Notes: generated from the letters alone by a model not told the origin. Positions 19,369-30,351 are shown, numbered from the stretch's first letter. The stretch is DNA of 64,000 nt from Candidatus Bathyarchaeota archaeon (GCA_963832745.1 CAWHVC010000005.1:256001-320000); one strand, 5' to 3'. Program-made: numbers and translations.

Positions 19369-20713
19369 TTTGTTTACGTATTAAATCGGCGGCTTTAAGC
19401 ATTAATTCTTTTGCCACCCTCTCTGATTCGCCTTCAACAGTTACGCGTATAAGCGGTTCAGTACCGGATGCACGAATTAGGAACCACCCGTTTTTAAGGG
19501 CTAAACGTACGCCGTCAATGGTTGAGAAATCAGTGTAGCCTGTGAAGTCGTCACGGATTGTTAAGGCGATTGCTGCGACGGCTTTCTTTTTTGTTTCATT
19601 TGGGCATTTGATGTTTTCACGCAACGTAATATACTCTGGCACTTCAGCTACAAATTGGCTAACAGTTTTACCATCAGCCTCCAACGCTTTAAGGAACAAC
19701 GCTGCTGACAAGGGACCATCAGGACAATAATGCTGCAATGGATGCACCCAGGCACCGCAAGGTTCTCCACCAAAAACTGCATTATCACGCTTAATTGCTT
19801 CTGAAACGTAAATGTCACCAACTTTTGTTCGCACGACTTTGCCGCCGAAACGTTCAGCCATCGTTTCAACACACATCGACGCCTCAACATTCGTTGCCAC
19901 CACGCCACCGCCTGCCTGCTTTAAAGCATAAGCTCCGTACGCGGCTAATGAACGGTCAAAATCAACAAAAACCCCATTTTCATCCACAAAAGCAACACGG
20001 TCAGCATCACCATCAAAAGCGATACCGATGTCTGCTTTTGAGACACGGACAACTTCGGCAAGGTCTTTGAGAGATTTTGCAGTTGGTTCGCTTGTTCTTG
20101 CCGGAAAATGCCCGTCAGGTTGAGCATTTAACGCGGTTACTTTGCAGCCAAGCATTTTGAGTAGCTTTGGACCAACATCGAAAGCGGCGCCGCATCCGGG
20201 ATCAACAACTACACGCCACTTTTTCTTTAGGGTAACGGCGTTTTTTGCCATCTCAAAATAGGGCAAAGTTGCATCATAGGAAACTGTTGTGCCTAAGGCG
20301 CGCCAATCTGCTAGTGCATAACGGTTTTCGATTATGATTTTTTCTACAGCATCTTGATCAGCATCTATGTAGCTGAGGGTTTCTGGGTTGAAAACTTTGA
20401 TGCCGTTGTATTGAGGTGGATTGTGAGAAGCGGTTATCATGAAGCCTACGTCGGCGCTTAAACTGCGGGTGGCATATGCCAAAACAGGCGTTGGAACCAT
20501 ACCGACTAAGTAAACCGTTACCCCACAGGAGGTTAAGCTTGAAACCAACGCCTCCTGAATCATACATCCAGTAACTCTTGTGTCACGGGCAACCACGGCA
20601 CATTTAGCTTTAGCATAAGTTGCTACTGCCGAACCAACCTTGCATGCTAAAGTCGGCGTTAATTCCACGTTAGCTAAACCACGAACTCCAGAGCTTCCAA
20701 ACAGTTTACCCAT
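19355..20713 (-). CDS. glmM: Phosphoglucosamine mutase / phosphohexomutase
   Basis: LFGSSGVRG, TASHNP, DGDADR, GGE and RASGTEP motifs. Confidence 0.9.
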   Translation of the reverse strand: MGKLFGSSGVRGLANVELTPTLACKVGSAVATYAKAKCAVVARDTRVTGCMIQEALVSSLTSCGVTVYLVGMVPTPVLAYATRSLSADVGFMITASHNPPQYNGIKVFNPETLSYIDADQDAVEKIIIENRYALADWRALGTTVSYDATLPYFEMAKNAVTLKKKWRVVVDPGCGAAFDVGPKLLKMLGCKVTALNAQPDGHFPARTSEPTAKSLKDLAEVVRVSKADIGIAFDGDADRVAFVDENGVFVDFDRSLAAYGAYALKQAGGGVVATNVEASMCVETMAERFGGKVVRTKVGDIYVSEAIKRDNAVFGGEPCGAWVHPLQHYCPDGPLSAALFLKALEADGKTVSQFVAEVPEYITLRENIKCPNETKKKAVAAIALTIRDDFTGYTDFSTIDGVRLALKNGWFLIRASGTEPLIRVTVEGESERVAKELMLKAADLIRKQIEVA

Positions 20714-20760
20714 CCAAGATACACCTATGGCATGGTTAAGCAGCGATTACCAATAAAACT

Positions 20761-21849
20761 TTAACCCTGCACGTAAGCGTTAATGAAACGTTCAAGTTTA
20801 TCCAAACTCGGATGCACCCCAGCAGAGTCTGATAGATAGCAGGCGGAAACCGCGTTTGCTAACATTAAACGGCAACCATCTGAAAGCCCATTTCCATCGC
20901 CGAAAACGTTACCTGCATTCCAAGAATCACCCGCGCCGGTAGCTCGAACAACATCAACTTTGAAAGTTGGAACAACAACTTCAGAACCATTTTTTAAAGA
21001 AGCAGAAAACGACGTTGTATGCAAATCTATTCTTGCAGAAAAATGTTTACTTAAAACACGGGCTGCCTCTAAAGCTAAATCGTTAAAACTTACACAACAT
21101 TTTTTCTTTTCGATTGAACTATCAAGTAGGGAAGCGTAAGCGACGGCTTCATTTTCATTTAAGCTTAACACGTCCACACGGTTTGTTTCTAAAACATCTT
21201 TCAGTAAATCAGCAATCCCATTCTTGTTAGGCATGGGGTCGGCAGTGTCATAATAAGTTTTACCCTTACCGGCCTGCCTAGTTTTTTCAAAAACCTTCCT
21301 CGCAAGGCCTGTTCCATGCGTTTTTGTTCCTGCCCAATTAAACAGGCAAACATAATCCGCTTTATCGATTACGTCATAGTCTTCAGCGTCTAAGTCTTCG
21401 GGTCCAAAATCGGCAAGTGAACCCACGTCGCGAAGCATCACATTAACTTTTCCGGAGCCAGCTTTCAATTCAAAAGCGGTAGTCACTGAAGCTTTTGGAA
21501 ATAATTTAACGTGAGATAAATCGACGCCACCCTTGAAATGGTAATTTAGCAAGTGCAAACCGTATCCGCTGGTACAAATTATGGGTGTCACTTTAACGTC
21601 TAAAGCTGCCAAAGCTGAAGCAGTATTTACAGCGTTTCCACCTTTAAGGTCTGCCTGAAAAATGCCATCTATACTACCGCCTTTTCTGCTTACCACATCA
21701 GCGCTGACCTTTGAGAACTCCTCTGCAGTCCAAGGCAGGTCTAAAAGCCTATCTAAGAAAAAGTCAGGCATTACTACAACGCTTAAAAGTTTACTTTCTT
21801 TCCTGTTTAGAAAATTTTGCAACTCTTTTTTGTACTCTCTCAGCGCCAT
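20761..21849 (-). CDS. PfkB family carbohydrate kinase
   Basis: GGNAVNTA, LSLNENEA and ATGAGDSWNAG. Confidence 0.85.
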   Translation of the reverse strand: MALREYKKELQNFLNRKESKLLSVVVMPDFFLDRLLDLPWTAEEFSKVSADVVSRKGGSIDGIFQADLKGGNAVNTASALAALDVKVTPIICTSGYGLHLLNYHFKGGVDLSHVKLFPKASVTTAFELKAGSGKVNVMLRDVGSLADFGPEDLDAEDYDVIDKADYVCLFNWAGTKTHGTGLARKVFEKTRQAGKGKTYYDTADPMPNKNGIADLLKDVLETNRVDVLSLNENEAVAYASLLDSSIEKKKCCVSFNDLALEAARVLSKHFSARIDLHTTSFSASLKNGSEVVVPTFKVDVVRATGAGDSWNAGNVFGDGNGLSDGCRLMLANAVSACYLSDSAGVHPSLDKLERFINAYVQG

Positions 21850-21956
21850 TAAAAGGTTCCTTCTATACTCTTATTTTCCCAAAAAGCTAAAATAACCTTC
21901 CTGTCATTTATTGTGAAATATCAATAAAGAGCAGGGGTCCATTTAGAGGGAAAGGC

Positions 21957-22217
21957 TTGAGATTCAAACTAGAAGTATGTTTACTAACTGTAGCAATAGC
22001 ACTTTTCATATTAAGTTCAGTTCTATACTCGTACCAGATAGATAATCAAAGCCAAACAATGTACGCCGCCGGCTTAAAGGAGGCTGCGCCCGCTGTAGCT
22101 TCTTTTCCGTATCAAACATATGCTGTATCATCAATCGGTTTTGGCTCAATACTAATGGTTATTGCCTCTATTTCATATCAAAAAAGAAGCAAACAGTTGG
22201 AACAAGTCGTCCAATAA
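21957..22217 (+). CDS. Small membrane protein (2 TM)
   Basis: Two hydrophobic segments; purine-rich SD-like tract before TTG. Confidence 0.55.
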   Translation: MRFKLEVCLLTVAIALFILSSVLYSYQIDNQSQTMYAAGLKEAAPAVASFPYQTYAVSSIGFGSILMVIASISYQKRSKQLEQVVQ

Positions 22218-22226
22218 TCTAATTTT

Positions 22227-23039
22227 TTAGGCCACTATTGCCCGGACGAGAAGCCATACAATGTCGCCGAAAAACACTGCCACTACTAAACCTAACGTGA
22301 CAAAAATCAGCATCGGCAAACCTGGAGTAGCCCAAACGTACTCATCAACACGTTTCTCTTCAACAGCTTTACTTAAACGTTGAACAATTCCATCACGCCC
22401 ATCCTCTTTAGGTACAATCACAAGTTTACGGTCACCAGTAGCATCTTCTACGTCTTCCAAAGGAAAAACATGCCATTTAGCAACCAGCACACCCACCTTC
22501 ATTCGGTACCCAGTAATTAAAACAAGAATCTTTTTCCCAACAGACTCTTTTGCCAGCGAGCCCTCAAACATTTTTTTGCCAACACGCTTATGCCAAACAA
22601 TGTTTCGAAGTACCATGTAGATTCCGCTTGCCGCTGCGAACAGAACGGAATTGCTAAAGATAGTTAAAGGGAAAACGTATTCTGCGATAGGGGAAACGCT
22701 GGCACCCAAAAGTGGCGTAAAAAGGGCTTGAGTTGAAAAAGGCAATGAAAGAGCTATACACATTAGGGCTTTTGAATCAGCACCGCCGAAACCGCCCGTG
22801 TAGAACAGCAGAAGAGCGAATACAGCTGTTAAACCAAAACTTAAACCCATGAAAGGCAACATGGAAACGTCAAACATTAACAGTTCAGCAAGCGACAAAG
22901 CCAATGCTACTGGAGCGTAGTATACCCAGACGCGGTTGCTTACCTCTCGTGTTTTGTAGTCGCTCCATGAAGCGTAAAATAGAACACCTAAGGAGAGAGC
23001 GATGTTTGCTGAGATGAGTACTGCTTGTAATACTTGCGT
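22227..23039 (-). CDS. Prepilin/prearchaellin peptidase (A24, PibD/FlaK-like)
   Basis: In-frame YASWSDYKTREVSNRVW upstream of the listed ORF (first catalytic Asp), GGADSKAL (second Asp), VWATPGLPM C-terminal motif. Confidence 0.9.
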   Translation of the reverse strand, partial: TQVLQAVLISANIALSLGVLFYASWSDYKTREVSNRVWVYYAPVALALSLAELLMFDVSMLPFMGLSFGLTAVFALLLFYTGGFGGADSKALMCIALSLPFSTQALFTPLLGASVSPIAEYVFPLTIFSNSVLFAAASGIYMVLRNIVWHKRVGKKMFEGSLAKESVGKKILVLITGYRMKVGVLVAKWHVFPLEDVEDATGDRKLVIVPKEDGRDGIVQRLSKAVEEKRVDEYVWATPGLPMLIFVTLGLVVAVFFGDIVWLLVRAIVA

Positions 23040-23120
23040 TTATGATCACCTTTCAGTTTGTTTGCGTATTTTAGGGTTAACACTGAATGGTTATATTAAA
23101 GGATAAAAAAGTTGAGAAAA

Positions 23121-23555
23121 TTATTCTGGTGCTTGCTCTTGGAACGTTAATGGTTGACCAGATGCAGTTACAATTTTGAAATAGTATGTTTCGCCGGCTT
23201 TCCAAGTGTAAGATACTTTGAAGCTTTCGATTGAGCCCCCGTTAAGTGGCAAGGTTGTTGGGGTAGTTGTTTGTACTGTAGCACTTGACGCTGATGTTCC
23301 AATGTATACGCCGATGATTTCAGTGTTTCCTGTTCCTGAGTTGCCAATATCAATAGTTATGCTTTTTCCACTTTGGAGAAAAGCCACGTTTGCTTTGTAT
23401 GACATGACAGAAGCGTTATCGGTTGTGTTGCCCATGTAAGAATTCATCCATGCATAAGTCATAACTATTGCCGCTACAGCGATTACTACAAGAAGCAGTG
23501 TTGCAAGTATTGGAGAGATGGCTTTTTTTGAACGGAATATTTTTTGAAGTAGCAT
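23121..23555 (-). CDS. Archaeal type IV pilin
   Basis: Class III signal peptide KKA|ISPILATLLLVVIAVAA. Confidence 0.9.
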   Translation of the reverse strand: MLLQKIFRSKKAISPILATLLLVVIAVAAIVMTYAWMNSYMGNTTDNASVMSYKANVAFLQSGKSITIDIGNSGTGNTEIIGVYIGTSASSATVQTTTPTTLPLNGGSIESFKVSYTWKAGETYYFKIVTASGQPLTFQEQAPE

Positions 23556-23645
23556 GTTATTTACCTATTGATTTTACATGAAAGCCCTTTAGATATTTAA
23601 CGTGTATGAATCACAAATGCTTATTGCAGATTCATAAAAAATGGG

Positions 23646-26600
23646 TTAATTGTTGGCTGTTACTGACACTACGGGTGGATGTTCAACCAGTATCCATAGT
23701 CCAGTCGGCGTGGAACCATCCATTTTGTATATGGGTGTTGTACCATCAAATGTTGCTACAGCTCCACTCCAAGTAATATCTAAAGCAGAACGGAAAGAAA
23801 CAGCAGCTAAATCCACGGGTGATAACTCTATGGTTTTGGCGTTTTGATTTACGTTCAGGGCTCCTGTTGCAGTGCCAGCCATTTGGTCGAAAGCGTAAAG
23901 TTGCTGGTTAGCGTTATCAGTGAACATTATGCCGGTGCCTTTTGTTCCATCAGCGGTTATACATTGGCTCCAATGATGGGCAGTCCAACCGTTTATAGTA
24001 TCATTTGAGAAGGTTCCGCTGCCGCTTTGAACTATCGGGAAACTTTCTGATGTATCGTCTTCCGTTTGAATCTGCACTGAAGAAAGTGAAGTACTCACTA
24101 ACAGGGGGCACATGTCAGTTAAGGTTCTTTGTTGCGAGGAATCTATGAACATAAATCTTAACTGGTAAGTGTAGTATGAAGCGTTTGCAGGTAAAGTTAG
24201 CACTATGCTTGCGTAAAGGTCGGGTGAATTATCTGCTCCACCACTCCATTCAGCTTCTTGCTGCACTACATCACGAACTACGCCATGATAGATAACGTAT
24301 GCTTGTCCTGCCCCATATGTGCTGTTTTCTCTGTTAATACGCATGAATGTTGTTGTGCTTGAAGAACCGCCAGCTGTTGAGGTTACTTTGAAAACGTCAG
24401 AGTTATAGATTGAATCGTGAACTATTTCTATGCCCAAACTTAAAATTCCGTTTGTCAGCACACCGCGTGTTGAAGTTACTGTTGGATTATCACCCGTAAA
24501 GTATTTGTTAGTGTAAGCAAGGGGCGTCTGTACTGCTTCATCAGTGCCGTTCCACCAAATAGTGAATTCTGATACTTTATTGGTTAACAGGAAAACAATC
24601 ATTTGCCGGTTACTGAAAACAGTAGAGTTGCTGGTTAAACCTAAAGGCAATTGATAATTGGATGACCAGTCTTCGATTTGGAAAGGAACCTCCTTATTTA
24701 CGCCATTTATTGTTTCATTAACATGGATATCCTTCACTGGAATTGGCGGTATAGGCATCGTTTGACTGGTTATTTCCAAATTTTGGCCTAACCAACGGAT
24801 TGTGCCGTTTTGTAGAAACTCAACAGTAAATGTGGAATCTTCGAGGCTGCCAATCAAGTCGATATCGGATTGAGGCGCTAAAAATACTGAGTCAATGTTC
24901 CAACTATCTTGAACTGCATCAAAAGATTCAGAGGCTCCAACAAAGCGTATAGTTAAAGTTGAGGAGCTAATGTAGGACGTCATGGAAATATTGTTAAAAC
25001 AGTTAGGCACAAGTGTTAGCAGATTATGCCATGAACCACCTTGCCAGACTTGGACAATCAGGCTTTCGGAAGCACTTAAATCGCCAGTTTTTATACACAA
25101 GTTTTGCCGGTTAGAAGCAACATTTACCCATTGTTCTTCCAGTGAAAGCACATAGTTGGTTGCGGCAGTGCTATATTGAACAAGGTCTAAACTTAAATCA
25201 AAAGGTGTAGAAGCTGATTTTACAGCAGTGACACGTATTTTCCAGTTTCCGTTAGCATCACGGTATTGAGTCGGGTTATTTGTTATCTCCTGTGACAACG
25301 TTACATCTGAAGTGCCAACAGTGCCTGAAACGTTGCCGGGTCCGCTTGATGAGTAACTGGAAGTTTGATAATTCCAAAGTTGCATAGTCACGCTTACGCC
25401 TGAAATAGATGCGTGTGCATCCATAAGCCACGTTAACGCGGACCAGGATTGTAGGTTAGAGTTTCCTGTAAATTCAAATTGGCAAGTGCATTGAGTGGCT
25501 TGTCCGTAGTTCTTGTAGGCTAAAGCAAAGCATTCATAGCTTGAACTGCTGCTTGTAGTGATAACTTCATTGCTATTGTCAAGTACAATAAAGCTTGAAC
25601 CGATCCACTTTATTGTTACAATAGCGCTTTTGCTATCCATTATTGCACCTAATATTTTTGTGTCGCCACTTACTGAACGTGGGTTTGTGCTTAATTGTAC
25701 CCAGTAATGATTAGTATTGCTTGTACTGGCAAATGTTTGACTGCCCCAGCTTGAACCCGTAAATGCCTTGTAGTCAATTCGTCCTTTGCTTGTACCCCAT
25801 ACAAGTAAACCTTTACTGCCAGTAGGTTCCCAAGCAAAATCCGCACACTGCTGGCTACTAGAATCAACGCTAGTGTCATGTTCTTCAACATTCCATGAAC
25901 CTGACCCAGAATAGTAGATAGTATTCAAATCAGAGGAACCATCAACACTAACCAGCATCATCTTGTTTGATGAAGGATCAGCTTTCAAAGTGCACCAGTA
26001 GGGTGTTGCATATATGTTTGGATTAGTTTTTGATGAACTCCAGTAACCGCCGTTTTGGCTTCTAATAGAGTATGATTTTGATGATGAACTGGACCCAACG
26101 GCAGTCCATGCGGTGCCAGATTGAGTTTCGTATGCAACTGCAATACATTCTCGGCTAGTAGTTGAAACGCTTGATTCTAACTCTCGCATTGTTCCCCAAG
26201 AGTTACCGTTCCAGACCCAACCGTTAGCGTCACTGTTTGTACCGTCTAAGCCGATAAGTGTGACTTCGTTGCTTCCAGCGACAGGATTTGAAGCTAATGC
26301 TATCCAGTAGTATTGAGCATCATTTGATTGACTGGTATCATCAAGGTATTGTTCAGAAGACCAGTCTGAAAGAGGTGACCAAGTTCGGTAAGCCAAATCT
26401 CGTCCAGAGTTACTTGAGTATACACCATAGACAAGCAGTACATCACCAGTCGTTTTTTCGTAAGCAACATCGAAACTTCGATAGTTTTCGGCAGTTGATC
26501 CAACATAGCCAATGTTGTTTGTCGTACTCCAAGAATTACCGTTCCATATGAATGCGTCCAAGTAACCGTCATCTGAAAGGGTTACAACTACTTTTTCAAA

Positions 26601-27818
26601 GCTACGAGATTCAACTGGGCAGTAAACGGTACGGACAAATCGTATGTTGCTTCCAGAAGAAGGCAAACTATCTTCAGAACCCCATGAGGCGCTATCGCCT
26701 GTCCAAGTGCGTTCATTAGCTACTGTTGAACCGTCACTTGAAGAACGATAAGCTATTGAGGCGTCTGTTTTTGAAGTTGTTGATGAAGAGGAAATGTATG
26801 ATTGGAAAGTTACGTATGAATGGTCAGCACTTGTTAAGCGGGATATGTCTCCGGAAGTAATTGTGGTTGAACCAAGCAATGTGCGAGTTAACGGGTAATA
26901 AGGAGTTGAACTTGACCCAGATACATCTTCTCTGAGCACATCATAAACGCTGTCAGGTGGACTCTGTTGGGCAACAAAACTGCTGTGTGTACCAATATTG
27001 GATTGGCTGTCAACGTTTGAAATGTCGTTATCAATATAGTCGAATCCTTGATTTACTTCAGTTTTGTTCCAATTTATTGTGCCGGTCATTTTGCTAAAGG
27101 ATGAAGCAACTACCATTAAGCCGCGGGTGTCTTCAACTTGCACAACGTAAGAAGAGTTCATTCCTGAAGGCAAATCCAGCATGTAGCGTCCATCCATGTA
27201 AGTTGTGGGGGCGGTAACTAAGTCAGTTAGGTGCCAACTTGAGTTAGTGAATACGTACTTGTAAAACTTGAAGTTTGATTGTCCCAAGTTAACTAATGGT
27301 TCGCCGTCACTTGAAACGCTAAGCAAAGCTTTGTTTACGTCTTGAGTGCTTAAAACTTCAACGTCAAGACGACTTGAAGCTGAATAGGTCAACCCTGTTA
27401 TGCCTAAACCGCCTAGATCGTAACGGATTGTAAAGTTTCCTATGCTGTTGCTGATGTTGGAATACCAGTTTGTCCTAATATCCAAATTAACAATAGTAAA
27501 AGAGGGGCTTAAGTCTGGTCGAATATCAGCAATGTTATCTAAACCACTACTTAAGTAGTTTGAAGCAAGACTCTTAGCGTAAGATGTGTTACCGGTAACC
27601 TGCAAGACTGAACCATAGTAGCCAACGGTGAATCCTAAAATTCTTTTCAGCGCCAAGTTTATTTCGTCCACAGTGCTTAAAGTTTGAGGAGTTTCTGATT
27701 GGGAAGCATAACGTATAGAGGAATATGTTGTTATGACTGCTGCGACGAGAACGACCGCAACAAGCATAGCGGCGATAATAGAAAATTGCCCTTTACGGTT
27801 TAAACGGAAATTTTTCAT
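23646..27818 (-). CDS. Large Ser/Thr-rich pilus-associated adhesin-like protein with class III signal peptide
   Basis: NRKG|QFSIIAAMLVAVVLVAA N-terminus; 1390 aa, beta-rich, with Trp-containing repeats; located in the pilus operon. Confidence 0.75.
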   Translation of the reverse strand: MKNFRLNRKGQFSIIAAMLVAVVLVAAVITTYSSIRYASQSETPQTLSTVDEINLALKRILGFTVGYYGSVLQVTGNTSYAKSLASNYLSSGLDNIADIRPDLSPSFTIVNLDIRTNWYSNISNSIGNFTIRYDLGGLGITGLTYSASSRLDVEVLSTQDVNKALLSVSSDGEPLVNLGQSNFKFYKYVFTNSSWHLTDLVTAPTTYMDGRYMLDLPSGMNSSYVVQVEDTRGLMVVASSFSKMTGTINWNKTEVNQGFDYIDNDISNVDSQSNIGTHSSFVAQQSPPDSVYDVLREDVSGSSSTPYYPLTRTLLGSTTITSGDISRLTSADHSYVTFQSYISSSSTTSKTDASIAYRSSSDGSTVANERTWTGDSASWGSEDSLPSSGSNIRFVRTVYCPVESRSFEKVVVTLSDDGYLDAFIWNGNSWSTTNNIGYVGSTAENYRSFDVAYEKTTGDVLLVYGVYSSNSGRDLAYRTWSPLSDWSSEQYLDDTSQSNDAQYYWIALASNPVAGSNEVTLIGLDGTNSDANGWVWNGNSWGTMRELESSVSTTSRECIAVAYETQSGTAWTAVGSSSSSKSYSIRSQNGGYWSSSKTNPNIYATPYWCTLKADPSSNKMMLVSVDGSSDLNTIYYSGSGSWNVEEHDTSVDSSSQQCADFAWEPTGSKGLLVWGTSKGRIDYKAFTGSSWGSQTFASTSNTNHYWVQLSTNPRSVSGDTKILGAIMDSKSAIVTIKWIGSSFIVLDNSNEVITTSSSSSYECFALAYKNYGQATQCTCQFEFTGNSNLQSWSALTWLMDAHASISGVSVTMQLWNYQTSSYSSSGPGNVSGTVGTSDVTLSQEITNNPTQYRDANGNWKIRVTAVKSASTPFDLSLDLVQYSTAATNYVLSLEEQWVNVASNRQNLCIKTGDLSASESLIVQVWQGGSWHNLLTLVPNCFNNISMTSYISSSTLTIRFVGASESFDAVQDSWNIDSVFLAPQSDIDLIGSLEDSTFTVEFLQNGTIRWLGQNLEITSQTMPIPPIPVKDIHVNETINGVNKEVPFQIEDWSSNYQLPLGLTSNSTVFSNRQMIVFLLTNKVSEFTIWWNGTDEAVQTPLAYTNKYFTGDNPTVTSTRGVLTNGILSLGIEIVHDSIYNSDVFKVTSTAGGSSSTTTFMRINRENSTYGAGQAYVIYHGVVRDVVQQEAEWSGGADNSPDLYASIVLTLPANASYYTYQLRFMFIDSSQQRTLTDMCPLLVSTSLSSVQIQTEDDTSESFPIVQSGSGTFSNDTINGWTAHHWSQCITADGTKGTGIMFTDNANQQLYAFDQMAGTATGALNVNQNAKTIELSPVDLAAVSFRSALDITWSGAVATFDGTTPIYKMDGSTPTGLWILVEHPPVVSVTANN

Positions 27819-29120
27819 TTAGGCGCCTCCTAACAGGCCAAGCTGCAAAATAAGTACTCTTGAAGAGTTTGATGCTGTATATTCTGAACGATAAAGCCGT
27901 GGATGATAATAAGATAACAGACTGATTGCGGTAACTCTAACGTCTGGAATGCGGGTTAAACCTAAAGCCAAAAAGGACCCGTGGATTGTGGTGGTGCCAT
28001 GGGTGTAAATAGTGCCAGGATTATATCCGGATTTGGGGTCAAACACGTTTAAGCCTATGTCAAGATTGTATGTTTCGCATATGCTATCGCTGAGGGCTCT
28101 TGTTGAAGTCTGATAAGTAGAGGGGTAAATGCCATAATAGTTGCATGCGTCAATGGCTTTTGAGGAAAGAACAACTTGACGGTTTACGCTGTCACTTATT
28201 GCATCACCTGAAGTGCTGTAGGGTTGGTTATCTAAGCCTTTAAGAAAAGCAATTGAACCGACACCGCCAGTTTGTTGCATGCCATAGATTCCCCAGTTGT
28301 TCTGGCTGCCTGACAACGCATTAGTATTGCTCACGTAATAGAACGGGTAACCTACAATGCTGCACCAGGTCCAATTGTATTGGTTGACTTTTTGTCCTAA
28401 AGAGTAGGAGTAACGTGCATAGTTGTCAGTAGAGTAGGTTGAGTCACAATAAGCAGTAGGAATGGGAACGGCTTCACCATAAGTGTTAATGATAACCGCG
28501 TTTTGGACAACTTCACCTTGTAAAGAGTGCCCCTCAAGTATCCGTGCAAGCTGAGCAGTATTCTGCACCATTACAGTGTTAACGAAATAAGGCGATAACA
28601 TATTGTAGAGGTCTTGAGCTAAGCTTTGTGCTGTGTAACCCGTAATCCACCAACCGTTAGCGTCACTGCAATTCAAAATGTACAAGGTGCCACCGTTGGC
28701 TTGACCAATTTTTTCAGGTGTCACGTTAAAAGTTACGTTTGAAGAAGCAACCAGATATGATGATGCGTCAGAGGTGATGCCAAGGTTTTCTGCGTTAGAA
28801 ATACTTTTAATGTTAGTATAAAGCTGTGTTCCGCTAGTACCACCGACGCCGTAAAGCGTCAAATTGTAAACGACGTTGGGAGGCAAAACCGCGGATAGCG
28901 CCACCTGAAGATTACTCCAAGCTGTCGCGTTGCTTACGTCAAAGGCCGCCATGCTCAAGTCGTTATTTGAATCTAACGTTTGCATGGTTGTTAAAGATAA
29001 ACGGCGTAGGTTAACAGGTGAAACTTGTCGTGGCCAAGGTAAAACAGCAAAGTAGGATGCTGCTATGAATGCTCCGCTAAGGATGACTATTACGAATATG
29101 ACTTCAATTGTACGCATCAT
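27819..29120 (-). CDS. Minor pilin-like protein
   Basis: N-terminal RTIEVIFVIVIL hydrophobic helix; abuts neighbouring pilus genes. Confidence 0.65.
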   Translation of the reverse strand: MMRTIEVIFVIVILSGAFIAASYFAVLPWPRQVSPVNLRRLSLTTMQTLDSNNDLSMAAFDVSNATAWSNLQVALSAVLPPNVVYNLTLYGVGGTSGTQLYTNIKSISNAENLGITSDASSYLVASSNVTFNVTPEKIGQANGGTLYILNCSDANGWWITGYTAQSLAQDLYNMLSPYFVNTVMVQNTAQLARILEGHSLQGEVVQNAVIINTYGEAVPIPTAYCDSTYSTDNYARYSYSLGQKVNQYNWTWCSIVGYPFYYVSNTNALSGSQNNWGIYGMQQTGGVGSIAFLKGLDNQPYSTSGDAISDSVNRQVVLSSKAIDACNYYGIYPSTYQTSTRALSDSICETYNLDIGLNVFDPKSGYNPGTIYTHGTTTIHGSFLALGLTRIPDVRVTAISLLSYYHPRLYRSEYTASNSSRVLILQLGLLGGA

Positions 29121-30340
29121 TATTCAATCACCTGATATCCTTGATAGCTCCAAACAGAAATTTTCGCTTGATATGCCACTCCACCAATGGTAACTTGCCG
29201 CATATCAGTTGAAACCCATTCAACATTGGCTGGGTTGCCACCGAAAACTATGGGGTTAGAAAGAGCGTTTAAACCCCAAGACATTAAGATAAAGCCGCCT
29301 GTGGTAGAGGTTGTATTGTAACCTATAATCAGGATGGCTGGTTCGTTGGAAAGGGAAACTTGGCTATAGGGGTTGCCAACTTCTGCCTGTAATGTTCCAG
29401 TAACGTTTACCTGTAAATGCTGCAACGAGAAATCTTCAGAGTTGAAGTTAACAAGTGTTGTATTGAAAGTTACAGGATCAACTGGTCCGCCTTCAACGTC
29501 AGCACTGTGGGCTAAAATTATTTGTTGAGTTGATAAATCATCAATTAAAGGTACAACATGGGCTGTTGCTTCTGCATTGTGGACTTTGTAGCCTACGCCG
29601 TTAAGACCGCTCAGGTGAACTGAAGCTATGAAAGCGTAGGTTTGGCTACTTCGCACTTTTGAGAAAGAAATTGTAGCTGAACCCGTATTGTCAGTTGTTA
29701 TTGTACCATTTAAGACTGAAAAAGAAGGATACTGATTATAGCTGTCTAAGTGAAGTTCAAACAATTTATAGTCAACGAAGGCATTGGCGAGTGGAAAACC
29801 TGTGCCATCCACATGAACAACTAAAGTTAATGGTTCAATACCAATGGAAGAGCTTACCACAGAAACTGTAAGCACAGGTGTTAAAGTAAGTTGGAAACCG
29901 TATGTGCCGTTAATGCCTAATAGTTTTTGGACAGCAGAATAATTCACCGCTAAAGAATGCGGCATAAGCAAGTAACCATCCGAAGTAGCACTTAAATTAT
30001 TGTAGTACATTCCTGCATGGTCATCATACTTTGCATAGTAAATGGATGAACCAGAAGCATCCAAACGCATCAATGAGTACGAGTCAAGCTTGTACTGGGT
30101 AAACTCGGGGTCTTGAAGACCAAATCCAGTCGGAAAATCGCTGCTAGTACCCCAAGTAGACGGCGCACCCGGATTAAGCAATATACTGTCCAAAATATCG
30201 CTGGCTTTAGTTGCAGTTGCACGGTGGTTTTGGTAAACAACAGCCGTTTGGATAGTTTGGTTAAAGAGTCCAATAAAGAGCAGAGTTGCAACTACAAAGA
30301 TTGTTAAAGCAACCATGTGGTCGATTGATGAGCTTACCAT
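29120..30340 (-). CDS. Minor pilin-like protein
   Basis: SSIDHMVALTIF N-terminal helix and LLNPGAPSTWG motif; overlapping stop/start with the next gene. Confidence 0.65.
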   Translation of the reverse strand: MVSSSIDHMVALTIFVVATLLFIGLFNQTIQTAVVYQNHRATATKASDILDSILLNPGAPSTWGTSSDFPTGFGLQDPEFTQYKLDSYSLMRLDASGSSIYYAKYDDHAGMYYNNLSATSDGYLLMPHSLAVNYSAVQKLLGINGTYGFQLTLTPVLTVSVVSSSIGIEPLTLVVHVDGTGFPLANAFVDYKLFELHLDSYNQYPSFSVLNGTITTDNTGSATISFSKVRSSQTYAFIASVHLSGLNGVGYKVHNAEATAHVVPLIDDLSTQQIILAHSADVEGGPVDPVTFNTTLVNFNSEDFSLQHLQVNVTGTLQAEVGNPYSQVSLSNEPAILIIGYNTTSTTGGFILMSWGLNALSNPIVFGGNPANVEWVSTDMRQVTIGGVAYQAKISVWSYQGYQVIE

Positions 30341-30351
30341 TACTTGTTCTC

